Source of the DNA: a virus
Taxonomy: Duplodnaviria > Caudoviricetes
Virus record (IMG/VR): IMGVR_UViG_2859895461_000003
Coordinates: 1-64,000 of that record
DNA length: 64,000 nt
Strand: one strand, 5' to 3'
In this document: positions 19,062-29,702 of the stretch, in pieces
How positions within the stretch are numbered: position 1 is the stretch's first letter
Layout: the number at the start of each line of letters is the position of its first letter
The notes under the pieces: model-generated
The model's input: only the letters and a program-made list of their open reading frames with translations
The model's database searches: none
Told to the model about the DNA's origin: nothing
Position numbers and translations under genes: made by a program

Positions 19062-19235
19062 ATGAAAAGAGAAGAATTAATAAATGCTTTAAAAGAAATT
19101 AAAAAAGAATGTGAAAAAAGTAAACATTGTGATCAGTGTAAATTATATGATGTACAGGAGCTTCATATGGATAGTTGTAGTTTAAAAACAAATTGTGGGA
19201 CAGTACCATGTGAATGGAATATAAAGGAGGAATAG
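19062..19235 (+). CDS. Hypothetical Cys-rich 57-aa protein
   Basis: GGAGG RBS; CEKSKHCDQC...C...C...PCEW. Confidence 0.55.
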   Translation: MKREELINALKEIKKECEKSKHCDQCKLYDVQELHMDSCSLKTNCGTVPCEWNIKEE

Positions 19236-19236
19236 T

Positions 19237-19746
19237 ATGTTAGACAAGAAACTATATTCAAAGACAGAAGGTAGATTATATAGATATTTTAGAGATATAG
19301 AAGAAATAGACAAGTTAGAAAATAGATGCATAGAATTGGAAAAAACAAAAGAGAGTTTAAGACAAGATATAAGAGATACAAATGTAAGTATAGATGGAGA
19401 ATTAGGAATGGCTATAAGATATGAAGAAAGAGTTCAAACATCTAATACTGGGGTGAGCAGAGCAGAGCAGGGGGTTATAAAAGAAATAGAAAGAATGCAA
19501 AGAGAATGGAAACAAACAAGAAAACAGATATTAAAAAACCATGCAAGAATTAGAGAAATACAAAGACAAAATGCAGATATGAATTATTTATTTAGAAATA
19601 TGGAAACCGAATATAGACTTATAGCAGAGATGAAGTACAAAGAAAAATTAAGCTTAGAAAGAATAGGAGAAAGGCTATGTATAGATAAAAGTAATGTAAA
19701 GAGGAAAAAAGATAAAATAGTAAGGGATACATCTAAATTTATATAA
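19237..19746 (+). CDS. RinA/ArpU-family late transcription activator
   Basis: Position at the end of the early region; C-terminal sigma4-like HTH (SLERIGERLCIDKSNVKR). Confidence 0.75.
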   Translation: MLDKKLYSKTEGRLYRYFRDIEEIDKLENRCIELEKTKESLRQDIRDTNVSIDGELGMAIRYEERVQTSNTGVSRAEQGVIKEIERMQREWKQTRKQILKNHARIREIQRQNADMNYLFRNMETEYRLIAEMKYKEKLSLERIGERLCIDKSNVKRKKDKIVRDTSKFI

Positions 19747-19861
19747 ATTAAATAGCTGGAGTAGTTAATTGTACTACTCCAGGTGAAATTATTGTGTATT
19801 CTATTCTCATAATAAGCAATCAAATAATGCTTATCCTAATATTTAAAATGAACTTTACTAT

Positions 19862-20110
19862 ATACTTGTACCTCTTAAATATGTTAAGACTATTCGCGGT
19901 GAGAAAACTGATAATAAAGATGCTCAATGGATTTCTAACCTATTTAAGTATGGTCTTATCGCCGGTAGCTTTATACTTCCTACTAATATTAGATAACTTC
20001 ATGACTTAATTCACTATCACTTTAAACCCACATGTTTTATGCACAGTGATAATAATAGAGCGCTAAACTGCTTAATATTTTCTAACATACAGCCAGAAAA
20101 CATTGTTTGA
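19862..20110 (+). pseudogene. IS110-family transposase remnant
   Basis: Frame from 19862 reads KYVKTIRGEKTDNKDAQWISNLFKYGLIAGSFILPTNIR*LHDLIHY...NRALNCL: KTD-x-KDA IS110 motif with an in-frame stop. Confidence 0.75.
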
Positions 20111-20479
20111 TATTGTATTCTTAATTTCTATAATAGCAAACAAAATAGTCATTATTACCGCTGCCAACCATTTGACACTAGTAATTTTAATTAGTAGTTT
20201 ATTCATAAAATACCACCACTTAATTATCTATAAAAAAAGAGCAATAGCTCCGCCTATATAGCACCTACTACCGCTCTCCATAATCACTTATTATTTTCTT
20301 CTAAGTCTTTTATTCTACTATTGGCTACTTTCAATTTTCTTATAATTCAATAAGTTTAAGCTCAGCTGATTAATAATTCGTTTATTTATAGACTCAGACT
20401 TTCCATAAAATGAAAAACTTAGCTTTTCAAAAAGAAAATAAGGTGTCAATATTATCACAACAAATTTTCATAATTTCTT

Positions 20480-21691
20480 TTAAAAATAGTCCGAGAAATA
20501 AGGGGTCTGTTGTTCGATTGCATCCTCCAGAATATCTATAGTTTCAGGACCACACGAAATGCGCCCGATCTTATGGAGATAATCTGGTCGTTTGTAACCT
20601 AACAGCATAGTAGTCATTGTTTGGATATCAATTTTGTCGCTACTACGTTTTGACGTACGAATAACTTCACCTATTCCTTCAGAGGTGATACGAAGAGTAA
20701 AGATTCCCTGATTCCATGAAAGAAGTGGATCATCCAGTATAAAAGTCCATTCCCGATCTGCTGTATCCGGCCTAAAGGGGTATTGAGCAATAAACTGCTC
20801 CAAGTCCACTATACGGGCCATGTAATAAGGAGAGATTGTTTCCTCAATGTCTCCATCCTCCAGTAAAAATGCCAAAGGTTCATCCGTGTAAGTATTTCCT
20901 ATGACCTTTGAAATCATGGAAAAATGCGCACTGATAAAATTCCAAAGTCCGCTGCGTGCCTCTTCATTGACAAAGATCATATCCTTAATATGAAAGATAT
21001 CATCCGCTATCCAGTAAAGCAAATAGCCATTCGGTTGCCTTTCATCATTGTAATAAACGGCGGCCATCAGATCATCCGAATCCCACCGATAATATTCATT
21101 CCATGCTAAATCATTGCGTAACATAGCTCCATGGGTTTGAAGGGCAAATCGCTCATACGCTTTCTTTATCTGTTCACTTTCCACATCAACACGCTCTACT
21201 CCACCAGGCACCTGCTTATTCTTAGGCAGTTGATAATCATTAATTTCAAAGGTTATTTTATCTGAAATGATTTCCCATCCCTTTCTACGGTAGTAAGGTA
21301 TGGAATAAGGGTACAGGTATGATATGGACTGATTTCGTTTTCTCATGTTTTCCAACGCCTTATACAGCAGCTTATGCATTAAGCCTTGGTTGGAATACTC
21401 TGGATAAGTACCAACTCCGGTAAGCCCTCCCATATCATAAGTTTTATTGAATATGCGCACCTGAAAGGGGTAAACTGATACATGCGATACTAGTTTATCG
21501 CCATCAAACCATCCCAACACGTCCGCTTGTTCCAAAACCGGTGATTTTGCACGAATAATCTCCTTTTCTTCCCATCCTATATTTTGCAGATCTCTATGAG
21601 TCACTTGAAAGACATATCGCAGCAACTGATTATACTGCTCAAGATCCTCCAATTTTACTTTTTCAATTTTAAGTTGCCTTTTTTTACACAT
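20480..21691 (-). CDS. Eis-like GNAT acetyltransferase (tandem GNAT + SCP2-like C-terminus)
   Basis: MGGLTGVGTYPEYSNQGLM...LYPYSIPYYRRKGWE, YMARIVD, DPLLSWNQG, C-terminal FSDYF; visibly higher GC. Confidence 0.88.
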   Translation of the reverse strand: MCKKRQLKIEKVKLEDLEQYNQLLRYVFQVTHRDLQNIGWEEKEIIRAKSPVLEQADVLGWFDGDKLVSHVSVYPFQVRIFNKTYDMGGLTGVGTYPEYSNQGLMHKLLYKALENMRKRNQSISYLYPYSIPYYRRKGWEIISDKITFEINDYQLPKNKQVPGGVERVDVESEQIKKAYERFALQTHGAMLRNDLAWNEYYRWDSDDLMAAVYYNDERQPNGYLLYWIADDIFHIKDMIFVNEEARSGLWNFISAHFSMISKVIGNTYTDEPLAFLLEDGDIEETISPYYMARIVDLEQFIAQYPFRPDTADREWTFILDDPLLSWNQGIFTLRITSEGIGEVIRTSKRSSDKIDIQTMTTMLLGYKRPDYLHKIGRISCGPETIDILEDAIEQQTPYFSDYF

Positions 21692-21947
21692 ACAAATTTC
21701 CTTTCTTCAAATGATTAATATTAGGTTTTGTTTCACTCTCAGTCATTCCTAAATTTGCCTCATAGAAAAATCCAATCATCATAAATTCCCAATAATATTT
21801 AACTTATATACATTCTTTAAGCTATAACAACAGTATATATTTTATCCTTGAGAAATTATAATATACCCCCGTTTCATATGTGTTGATAATGGACCAATAG
21901 AGGGCTTTTGGTGAATAATTAAATCTGATTTAAACATTATGCAGTAA

Positions 21948-22659
21948 TTATAATACATTTATTTTGTATGTACCCAAAACATTCCATGAATATATTCTTC
22001 TTTGCAATTCTATAATATAATCCCTATTAATCACAGACTTCAATTCACTAATATGTTCTTCTTTATTAAATTCTTCTAATGATTTATTTCTTAATGTTGA
22101 TAATATTGTTTTCCCAACTCCCTCAATATCTTCTTTTAATTCACATTTTATATAATTGAATCCTAAAATAAGCAAATATTCTCTTGAAACTTCTTTTACA
22201 TATTGATTTAAATGCTCATAAATTAGTTACTGTAAATCTTCCAAATATTCTATTGTTCTTATATATTTACTCATTTCTTCTGGTAACCCTTTGTACTTAT
22301 TTGTAAGGAACACAAGTCTATGTGTACATCCTGATGTCTTTAAAACACTGGTAGTTAAACTTATAGCGTCATATGTATAACTATTTTCAACTATTTCTTT
22401 TGTAAATTGTTTATAGACATTCATAAATTCATTTGTTAGTAACCCAAATTTACTATTTTCTTTTTCAAATCCTCTTGAAATCTTCTCTCATAATTAAAAT
22501 ATCTAGCATGCTATTTATATCCTCTAAAGATAGATTATTATCTTCATCTTTTATTGATAACATTAATTGACCTACATATTTTCTAAGTTGTGGTTTAAGA
22601 TCTTCGATATTGTCTTTATTCAATCCTCTGACAAACTTATCGATTTTTGCATAATACAT
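21948..22659 (-). pseudogene. Fragmented hypothetical gene (three pieces)
   Basis: GGAGG RBS at the 22659 start; 22227-22424 and 21948-22175 share a frame separated by one TAA; frameshift near 22465. Confidence 0.6.
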
Positions 22660-22929
22660 ATATTATTCCTCCATCTCTGCTTAATACCATTATGAATCAT
22701 CTACTGGTAATTATATCATGTAATTCAATTTAATCTATTAGGTTACTTATATTAAAGAGATATGATTTCATTATTCAACATCGTATTATTCAATTCTCAA
22801 AGGTCATTATCTGTATTTCCGTTTTCAATAGTCATATTGCATTACCTTCAAAGTACAACACAAAAATACTCCGAAATTCAACAGACTTTATAAAGGAAAA
22901 GAATAAATAATAGAAAGGATAATTATATT

Positions 22930-23100
22930 ATGAATATAAAAAAATCAATAAGAAATTATTTTATTAAAAGAAAAAAGGCAAATAAATATGATAAAGAAGT
23001 ACAAGCATGTATACAATTAGTCAGGAAAATAGATAAAATGGGAAATGCTAAAATATTAAAACCTACAGAATTTGAAATTGATGAAGTAATTAAAGTATAA
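22930..23100 (+). CDS. Hypothetical 56-aa protein
   Basis: AAAGGA RBS, open frame. Confidence 0.45.
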   Translation: MNIKKSIRNYFIKRKKANKYDKEVQACIQLVRKIDKMGNAKILKPTEFEIDEVIKV

Positions 23101-23165
23101 AGAAACTTAAAAAATTATATATTAAATGAATCTACTAAAGAAGATTCTGATATTAAAGATATTAG

Positions 23166-23229
23166 GCAAAAACGTGCAACGAAATCGCAACAAAAACGCA
23201 ACAAATTAAGAGGCAAAGAATGTTATAAT
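23166..23229 (+). promoter_or_regulatory. Putative activator-dependent late promoter
   Basis: GCAAC repeats at 23176, 23187, 23198 (11-bp period) followed by extended -10 TGTTATAAT (23221-23229). Confidence 0.6.
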
Positions 23230-23326
23230 AGTAATATAGAAAAAGGGTTTTATCGTACAAATTAAAAAAAGGTAACTGCAATGCGACCTTAACTGGTCGC
23301 TCCTATTTATATAATGAGGTGATTAT

Positions 23327-23485
23327 ATGCATAGAGAAAATATTGATATTATAGTTAACGATAAAACAATAACAATAAATGTTGTTTGTGTATCAGATAT
23401 GCCAAAAGATAAATTGAAACAGTTAGCTATATCGAAATATTTAAGAAATCTTGAAGCAAGTCTATATAAAGAGAATAATTGTTAA
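23327..23485 (+). CDS. Hypothetical 52-aa protein
   Basis: GAGGTG RBS, open frame. Confidence 0.5.
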   Translation: MHRENIDIIVNDKTITINVVCVSDMPKDKLKQLAISKYLRNLEASLYKENNC

Positions 23486-23503
23486 TCTATAAGAAAGAAT
23501 TAT

Positions 23504-23545
23504 GCCAGCGTTGGTTTAAAGAAAGTTCGATTCTTTCAACTGGCA
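23504..23545 (+). other. tRNA-like minihelix / deleted tRNA remnant
   Basis: GCCAG...CTGGC-A acceptor-like stem around T-arm GAAAG-TTCGATT-CTTTC; no D or anticodon arm. Confidence 0.45.
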
Positions 23546-23692
23546 AATATAAATTTAAAGTAACTATTGTGTATATGTACAAAAAGCACTTAACTATAAG
23601 GTGGGTGATTCGCTCCCTACTAGAGGTTAGGTGCTTTTTACATACCTGGATAAGTCCAGGGGATTATATTTATATTAGATGTAATATGGGAG

Positions 23693-23905
23693 GTGGGAGG
23701 CTTGAAGGTAGGGAAAATAATAGAAACACAGCAACCAGGAATACACAAGCAATTAAATAAAAATAGAAAACAGAATAAGAAAAAGTCTAGGAGAGGTAAG
23801 AAAGAAGAAAACCTCTCCTTTTCTGATGTTATGGAATTGATGCGGCATGATAGTTATAAGAGATGCAAGGGTGGAGCTATTAAGCAAATGAGTTGGAGCA
23901 AATGA
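23693..23905 (+). CDS. Hypothetical basic phage protein
   Basis: ORF track; LMRHDSYKRCKGGAIKQ. Confidence 0.55.
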   Translation: MGGLKVGKIIETQQPGIHKQLNKNRKQNKKKSRRGKKEENLSFSDVMELMRHDSYKRCKGGAIKQMSWSK

Positions 23906-24232
23906 AGAAGTTTATAACTGATTTATTAATTGTACTTGGAATTTGTAGTTTAGTTATTTTATTTTGGAAAGGAATAGAAATATATATATAGATGGTATTA
24001 TAGTACATTAAAAAGTTAGATTAAAATATAAAAATTTATATTAGTGTATTGTTATATAAGTTTTAAATAAATATTAGATATTGAAATATTAAAATATTAA
24101 TTATTTTATTAATATTCTGGTATTAAATACAAATATATCTAGCAATTTCATAATAAATACAAAATTAGAGGTATTTAACATAAAATGCCGAATATAAATA
24201 TGAGCAATAAATTATTATTTGGAGGGATTTAT

Positions 24233-24526
24233 ATGAAAAAAAGATTAGGAACATTTTTAATTGCTTTAACCTGTGTATTTGGAATGATGGCAGCGCCAGT
24301 TAAAGCAGAGACAAGCTACTGTGGAAAAGGAGTATATATTAGTAAAGAATTTTTGGAGTGGGATGGTCAATATTATGTAGTTACATTAGATTCTGGTTAC
24401 TTAAATATAAGGGAAACACCATCTATGAACGGAAAAATAATAGGTAAGTTATATAATGGAGATAAAGTAAGTCTTAATACTAGGGGTTGTTTTGAAAATG
24501 GTTTTTGGCCTGTTATAATCCGATAA
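24233..24526 (+). CDS. Secreted bacterial SH3b-domain protein (moron)
   Basis: Signal peptide MKKRLG...PVKA, LNIRETPSMNGKIIGKL...W; GGAGG RBS; terminator 24541-24570. Confidence 0.8.
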   Translation: MKKRLGTFLIALTCVFGMMAAPVKAETSYCGKGVYISKEFLEWDGQYYVVTLDSGYLNIRETPSMNGKIIGKLYNGDKVSLNTRGCFENGFWPVIIR

Positions 24527-24704
24527 ATAATTTAATTACGAAAGGCATCTAGGGAACTAGATGTCTTTTTATATGTTTAATAAATGTTATATATAATATA
24601 GTATGAATACATAACCACTAGGGTTTATATAGCTATATATAAAACAAGATAAAAATAAATTACATCTATGATATAATTTGGTATACAAATAATGAGGTGA
24701 TATT

Positions 24705-25088
24705 ATGGTAGGAATATATGTTAGAACTCTAAAAGATTCTCAAGCAGAAATGCAACTAAAAGAATGTGAAAATAAAACAAATGGAGAATACGTACTTTAT
24801 AAAGATTTAGATAATAAAAGAGATGCAATAAAACAGTTAATGGAAGATGTTAAATCTGGAAAAATAGATAAAGTAATTACCAAACATATAAATAGACTTT
24901 CTAGAGATACAGAGGAAGTAGTAAGGATTTTAGATGTGTTAAAAAAACACAATGTTGAATTACAAGCTTTAAACATTAATGAAGATAATATAATAGAAAA
25001 TAAACTATATTTAATGTTTGGAGATCCAAAAATAAAGGAACTTTTTAAAGAGTTTAAAGAAGTAGAATATGATGAACAATGTAATTAA
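24705..25088 (+). CDS. Stand-alone serine-recombinase catalytic-domain homologue lacking the catalytic Ser
   Basis: GIYVRTL in place of YxRxS; retains INRLSRD; own TGnTATAAT promoter and terminator. Confidence 0.7.
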   Translation: MVGIYVRTLKDSQAEMQLKECENKTNGEYVLYKDLDNKRDAIKQLMEDVKSGKIDKVITKHINRLSRDTEEVVRILDVLKKHNVELQALNINEDNIIENKLYLMFGDPKIKELFKEFKEVEYDEQCN

Positions 25089-25190
25089 GAGCTTAATAAG
25101 GCTCTTTTTTATTTTGTAAATATAAATGTTATAAAAAGAAGGAAAACCTCCTAAAATGTAGAAGTGTTTACATTGAAAGGAGGGAATGCA

Positions 25191-25334
25191 ATGTTAAACA
25201 GTAAAAATAATAACAGAAATGTAAAAGGTGGAGGTCCTGGGAAAAAGTCTATAAATGATAATTGTACAACCACAAAGCCAGCTACAAGACCAAGACCTAA
25301 GCCACCTAGTAGTTCATCAAGAGAAAACAAATAA
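25191..25334 (+). CDS. 47-aa Pro/Lys-rich peptide
   Basis: AAGGAGG RBS; stop overlaps next ATG (TAATG). Confidence 0.55.
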   Translation: MLNSKNNNRNVKGGGPGKKSINDNCTTTKPATRPRPKPPSSSSRENK

Positions 25335-26032
25335 TGATAGATAATATTGATAATATAAAAAAACTTATTGATTATTTACCTAGTTTAATTATATATATTG
25401 TTCCAGGATATATAACTATATGTATAATAAGTTTTATTATTCAAAGAAAACAATCAAGAGATAAAGTTGATTTTTTTAATTATATAGTATGTAGTTATAT
25501 TATTAAAGGCATTACTGAATTTGTTTTTAAAAAATGGATAAATGAAACAAATAGTATATTCATTATTGTCATTATATCTATTGTTAGTGGAATAATTCTT
25601 GGTTTATTTATTAAGAGTGATAAGTTTAATAAAATTCTAAAATCTTCAAGAATAAATTTAACAATACATTCTAATATATTTGATGATATTGATGATAAAA
25701 AATATGGAGAATTTATGCGAGTTCATTTAACAGACGAAGTTATATATGAAGGAAGAATGAGAAAATATGAACATGCTAATAATTTTGACGATATTCATAT
25801 TATGTTAAGTGAATATATAAAGTATAAAAATCAATGTGATGATAGTATAAAAGTAATAGATGATTTAAGTTCAGATAATACAGCATGGGTTGTTTTAAGG
25901 GCAAAGGATATAAAAGCCATTGAAGTTTTTTATGATGAAAGAAGTGAAAATACAGAAAAAATATCTGATCTGAAAGATAAAGGAATAGAAGAACTACAAA
26001 ATGCAGAAATAGAAGAGTCTAATAGAAATTAG
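25334..26032 (+). CDS. Membrane protein (DUF6338-like) moron
   Basis: IVPGY plus three TM helices, then a soluble domain. Confidence 0.6.
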   Translation: MIDNIDNIKKLIDYLPSLIIYIVPGYITICIISFIIQRKQSRDKVDFFNYIVCSYIIKGITEFVFKKWINETNSIFIIVIISIVSGIILGLFIKSDKFNKILKSSRINLTIHSNIFDDIDDKKYGEFMRVHLTDEVIYEGRMRKYEHANNFDDIHIMLSEYIKYKNQCDDSIKVIDDLSSDNTAWVVLRAKDIKAIEVFYDERSENTEKISDLKDKGIEELQNAEIEESNRN

Positions 26033-26084
26033 GCTCTTTTTTAATATACAAAACAAACAAAGCAACTAGCAACGAGGTGGTGGT

Positions 26085-26777
26085 ATGGAGAATATAAGAG
26101 GACCAGATACTAAAGGCCAGGCTAAGAAAGACTATTTGCAAGGTATGAAATATAAAGATTTAGCTGAAAAATATAAAGTTAGTTTAAATACAATTAAGTC
26201 CTGGGTAAAAAGATATAATTGGTCAGAAGAGAAAAAACAAAGGGGTGCACACAAAAATAAAAAGGGTGCACCTTTAAATAATAAGAATGCAGTAGGTCAT
26301 GGAGCTCCAGCAAAGAATAAGAATGCGGAGAAACATGGCTTTTTTAGTAAGTACTTACCGGATGAAACTTTAGATATTATTCAAGAGATAGAAACAAAAA
26401 CTCCATTGGATATGCTTTGGGATCAAATGATGATACAGTATGCAGCGATAATAAGATCACAAAAGATTATGCATGTAACAGAGAAAGAAGAAATGATAAA
26501 GGAACTAAAAAAAGAGGAATATTCTAGCTTTGAAGGTGGGTACTCTGAGAAAAAAGAATATGAATTTCAGTTTGCTTGGGATAGACAGGCTATTTTTTTA
26601 AATGCACAGAGTAGAGCTATATCAGAGTTAAGAAGTTTAGTTAAAAACTATTTAGAATTAGAAGGATTAGATAAAGAAAAATCTAAAGCTGGTATTAAGG
26701 ATTGGAAATCAGCTATTCAGGAGATTGCTAAACGTAGAGAAAAGAAACAACAATTTGGGGTGAATTCAAATGGATGA
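26085..26777 (+). CDS. Terminase small subunit
   Basis: [24 protein letters not shown], GAPxxNKNA repeats, [10 protein letters not shown]. Confidence 0.88.
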   Translation: MENIRGPDTKGQAKKDYLQGMKYKDLAEKYKVSLNTIKSWVKRYNWSEEKKQRGAHKNKKGAPLNNKNAVGHGAPAKNKNAEKHGFFSKYLPDETLDIIQEIETKTPLDMLWDQMMIQYAAIIRSQKIMHVTEKEEMIKELKKEEYSSFEGGYSEKKEYEFQFAWDRQAIFLNAQSRAISELRSLVKNYLELEGLDKEKSKAGIKDWKSAIQEIAKRREKKQQFGVNSNG

Positions 26778-28227
26778 TTCTAATATATTTGTTGAGTTAT
26801 TAGATATTTATTGGGATAATCCAGTTGCTTTTGCTGAAGATATGTTAGAGTTTTATCCTGACGAATGGCAATCCAAAGTAATGATGGATATAGCTAATAG
26901 TTCTAAAGTAAGTGTTCGTTCTGGACAAGGAGTAGGAAAGACAGGTCTTGAAGCTGCTATTATTATTTGGTTTTTATGTTGTAGACCATTCCCTAAAGTA
27001 GTGGCAACAGCCCCAACAATGCAACAGTTGTATGATGTACTTTGGGCGGAGGTCGCTAAATGGCTTAACAAAAGCAAAGTTAAAGACTTTCTTAAATGGA
27101 CCAAGACTAAAATATATATGATAGGCGAAGAAGAAAGATGGTTTGCTACTGCTAAAACGGCAACAAAGCCTGAAAACATGCAAGGATTCCATGAAGATTA
27201 TATGCTTTTTATAGTTGATGAAGCTTCTGGTGTTGCTGATCCTATTATGGAAGCTATACTTGGTACTTTATCAGGAGCAGAAAATAAACTCTTAATGTGT
27301 GGAAACCCAAATAAAACAAGCGGAGTTTTTTATGATAGTCATAATAGAGATAGATCCCATTATAAAACACATAAAGTTAGTAGTTTAGACAGCCCCAGAA
27401 CTTCAAAAGAAAACATTGAAATGCTTAAGGAGAAATACCACGAGGATAGTGATGTTTATAGGGTAAGGGTTTTAGGTGAATTTCCTAAAGGCGAACTTGA
27501 TACTTTTATATCTTTAGAATATGCCGAACTTGCTACTAAATTTATATTAGATCCAGTAGATGATATTCTTCATTTGGGTGTGGATATATCTAGATTTGGT
27601 GATGATGAAACTGTTATAGCTCCAAGAATAGGTGATAAAGTATTTAAACTTAATTGTTATAGTAAGCAAGATACAATGACTACAGTAGGCTACATAATTA
27701 CTACATTTAAAGACTATATGAAAAAATTTCCTTCATTAAAAAAGTGTAAAGCTAAAATAGATGATACTGGAGTAGGTGGAGGTGTAACAGATAGATTAAA
27801 AGAAGTAGTAAAGGAGCAAAAACTACCTATAGAAGTTATTCCAGTAAACAATGGTGCTGCTTCATATGATGAACATTTTGAAAACTTAGGAGCATGTACT
27901 TGGGGAGAGGTTAAAGACATACTTGAAGAAAACTTCTCAGCTTATATGCGAGATGAGACACCTAAAATACAATTTCCAGAAGATGAAAAATTAATAAGCC
28001 AGCTATCTACAAGAAAATATAGAATTACAAGTAGAGGGAAAATAGCTTTAGAAAGCAAGAAAGATATGAAAGAAAGAGGATTAACTTCACCAGATAGAGC
28101 TGATGCAGTTGTATTAACATTCTATGATAGAACTGTTACTTATAACAAAGAAGTATACAACAAAGGTATAGGACTTAAGAATAATAGTCTTAAACAATAT
28201 AAAAAGAAAGGAGGAAAAGTGTTTTAA
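26770..28227 (+). CDS. Terminase large subunit
   Basis: [32 protein letters not shown]. Confidence 0.92.
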   Translation: MDDSNIFVELLDIYWDNPVAFAEDMLEFYPDEWQSKVMMDIANSSKVSVRSGQGVGKTGLEAAIIIWFLCCRPFPKVVATAPTMQQLYDVLWAEVAKWLNKSKVKDFLKWTKTKIYMIGEEERWFATAKTATKPENMQGFHEDYMLFIVDEASGVADPIMEAILGTLSGAENKLLMCGNPNKTSGVFYDSHNRDRSHYKTHKVSSLDSPRTSKENIEMLKEKYHEDSDVYRVRVLGEFPKGELDTFISLEYAELATKFILDPVDDILHLGVDISRFGDDETVIAPRIGDKVFKLNCYSKQDTMTTVGYIITTFKDYMKKFPSLKKCKAKIDDTGVGGGVTDRLKEVVKEQKLPIEVIPVNNGAASYDEHFENLGACTWGEVKDILEENFSAYMRDETPKIQFPEDEKLISQLSTRKYRITSRGKIALESKKDMKERGLTSPDRADAVVLTFYDRTVTYNKEVYNKGIGLKNNSLKQYKKKGGKVF

Positions 28228-29702
28228 TGGGAGATATAAAGCAAACCTTATTAAAGTTTACCAATGAACAAAAGAAGGAATTAGAAAAAATTAAGGCTAA
28301 TTATTATTTTTATCATGGTGCAGTAACTGATAAAGATAAAGCTTTGTTAGATGAAATTCTATTAGGTCAAAGTTGGATAAATGCTGATGATTTGGATTAC
28401 ATTCCTTCACAAGTTATAGATAATAAAATAAAACCATTAATTCATAAGCAGGCGCGTTTCTTTTTAGGAAAAGAGCCTGTTTTATTATTTAAGCCAAGGG
28501 ATAGTAAAGATAAGAGTACATGTGAAGAATTAAGAGTATTTATAGATGATATTCTTAATGGTAGCCAGTTTTGGAGTGAAACAATGAAAGCTTTTAGATT
28601 AGCAACCGTAACTAAAAGAGTACTTTTAAGAATGGAAGCCAATCCTGAAGAAAATATAAGATTATATTACCATGATGTAAATGATTTTAATTATGAGCTA
28701 GATCCAAAAGACTCAAGAAAACTTTTATCAGTTACATTTGTTAGATTAAAAGAAAAAACAGATACTACTGAGCTATGGAATAGATATACTTACAAAATGG
28801 GCAAGGGAAGTAAAAAAAGCTTAGAAGAAACATGTTTATTAACTATAGAAACATTTAACAATTTAGATTTAGAAAATCCTATAGAAACAAAAACTATAGA
28901 TACAAAATTAGCTAAGATACCTTGCTGGATAATGATTAATGAACAGGATTTAATGAACAAAAATGGTAAAAGTGATATTACAGATTTAAAATCGCTACAA
29001 AATAGTTATAACCAAAGATTATCAGACTTTAATGATGCTCTAAGATTTCTGATGTTTGGACAAACGGCTGTAATAGATGCAACAGAGGAAACAGTGAATG
29101 CTTGTAGAATAGCTCCTAATGCATTGATGGCTTTAGTTAGTATAGATGGGAAACAAGCTTCAGCTCAAAGAGTTGAAAGTTCATTTAGTAATGCTGAACC
29201 AGTTAAAATGTTTCTTGATATTTTAGATAAAAGTATGCATGAAAAATTAAGTATACCTACTGATGATAGACTTAAGGAAGTACCTTCAGCAAAAACTATT
29301 AAGTATATTTACAATGATTTAATAGCAAGAAGTGAAGAAAAGTGGCATGATTGGGAACCGAATATCAGAAGTATGCTTAGATTATTAGTCGAGGCTTGTA
29401 GTAAATTTAAATGTTATGATAATTGGAATGAACAATGGAATAATTTATTGTTTTCTATAGTTTTAAATAAAAACTACCCAATACCTGAAGATGAAGAGGA
29501 CAAAAAGAGATTAGCAATAGAAGAAGTTAATTCTAATGTAAGAAGTCATAGAAGTTATATTAAGGATTTTAGTGATAATGAGGATTATAAAGAACACTTT
29601 GATGAAGTTATAGAAGATATAACAACAATCAATGCAGCAGAACAGGATCAATTTCAAACTGGTGTAAATGAGGATTTAAATAATTCTGATGGTGATTCAT
29701 AA
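28227..29702 (+). CDS. Portal protein (SPP1 gp6-like)
   Basis: Size, position and GKSDI motif. Confidence 0.85.
   Translation: MGDIKQTLLKFTNEQKKELEKIKANYYFYHGAVTDKDKALLDEILLGQSWINADDLDYIPSQVIDNKIKPLIHKQARFFLGKEPVLLFKPRDSKDKSTCEELRVFIDDILNGSQFWSETMKAFRLATVTKRVLLRMEANPEENIRLYYHDVNDFNYELDPKDSRKLLSVTFVRLKEKTDTTELWNRYTYKMGKGSKKSLEETCLLTIETFNNLDLENPIETKTIDTKLAKIPCWIMINEQDLMNKNGKSDITDLKSLQNSYNQRLSDFNDALRFLMFGQTAVIDATEETVNACRIAPNALMALVSIDGKQASAQRVESSFSNAEPVKMFLDILDKSMHEKLSIPTDDRLKEVPSAKTIKYIYNDLIARSEEKWHDWEPNIRSMLRLLVEACSKFKCYDNWNEQWNNLLFSIVLNKNYPIPEDEEDKKRLAIEEVNSNVRSHRSYIKDFSDNEDYKEHFDEVIEDITTINAAEQDQFQTGVNEDLNNSDGDS

Noticed and set aside
22780-22805. boxA-like GACCTTTGAGAATTGAATA on the minus strand upstream of the pseudogene
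   Set aside because: Imperfect single match and upstream of the apparent -10; cannot be supported without comparison.
22852-22875. Possible third cassette-like site AGTACAAC-acaaaaat-ACTCCGAA
   Set aside because: Too degenerate relative to the two sites flanking the radical SAM gene.
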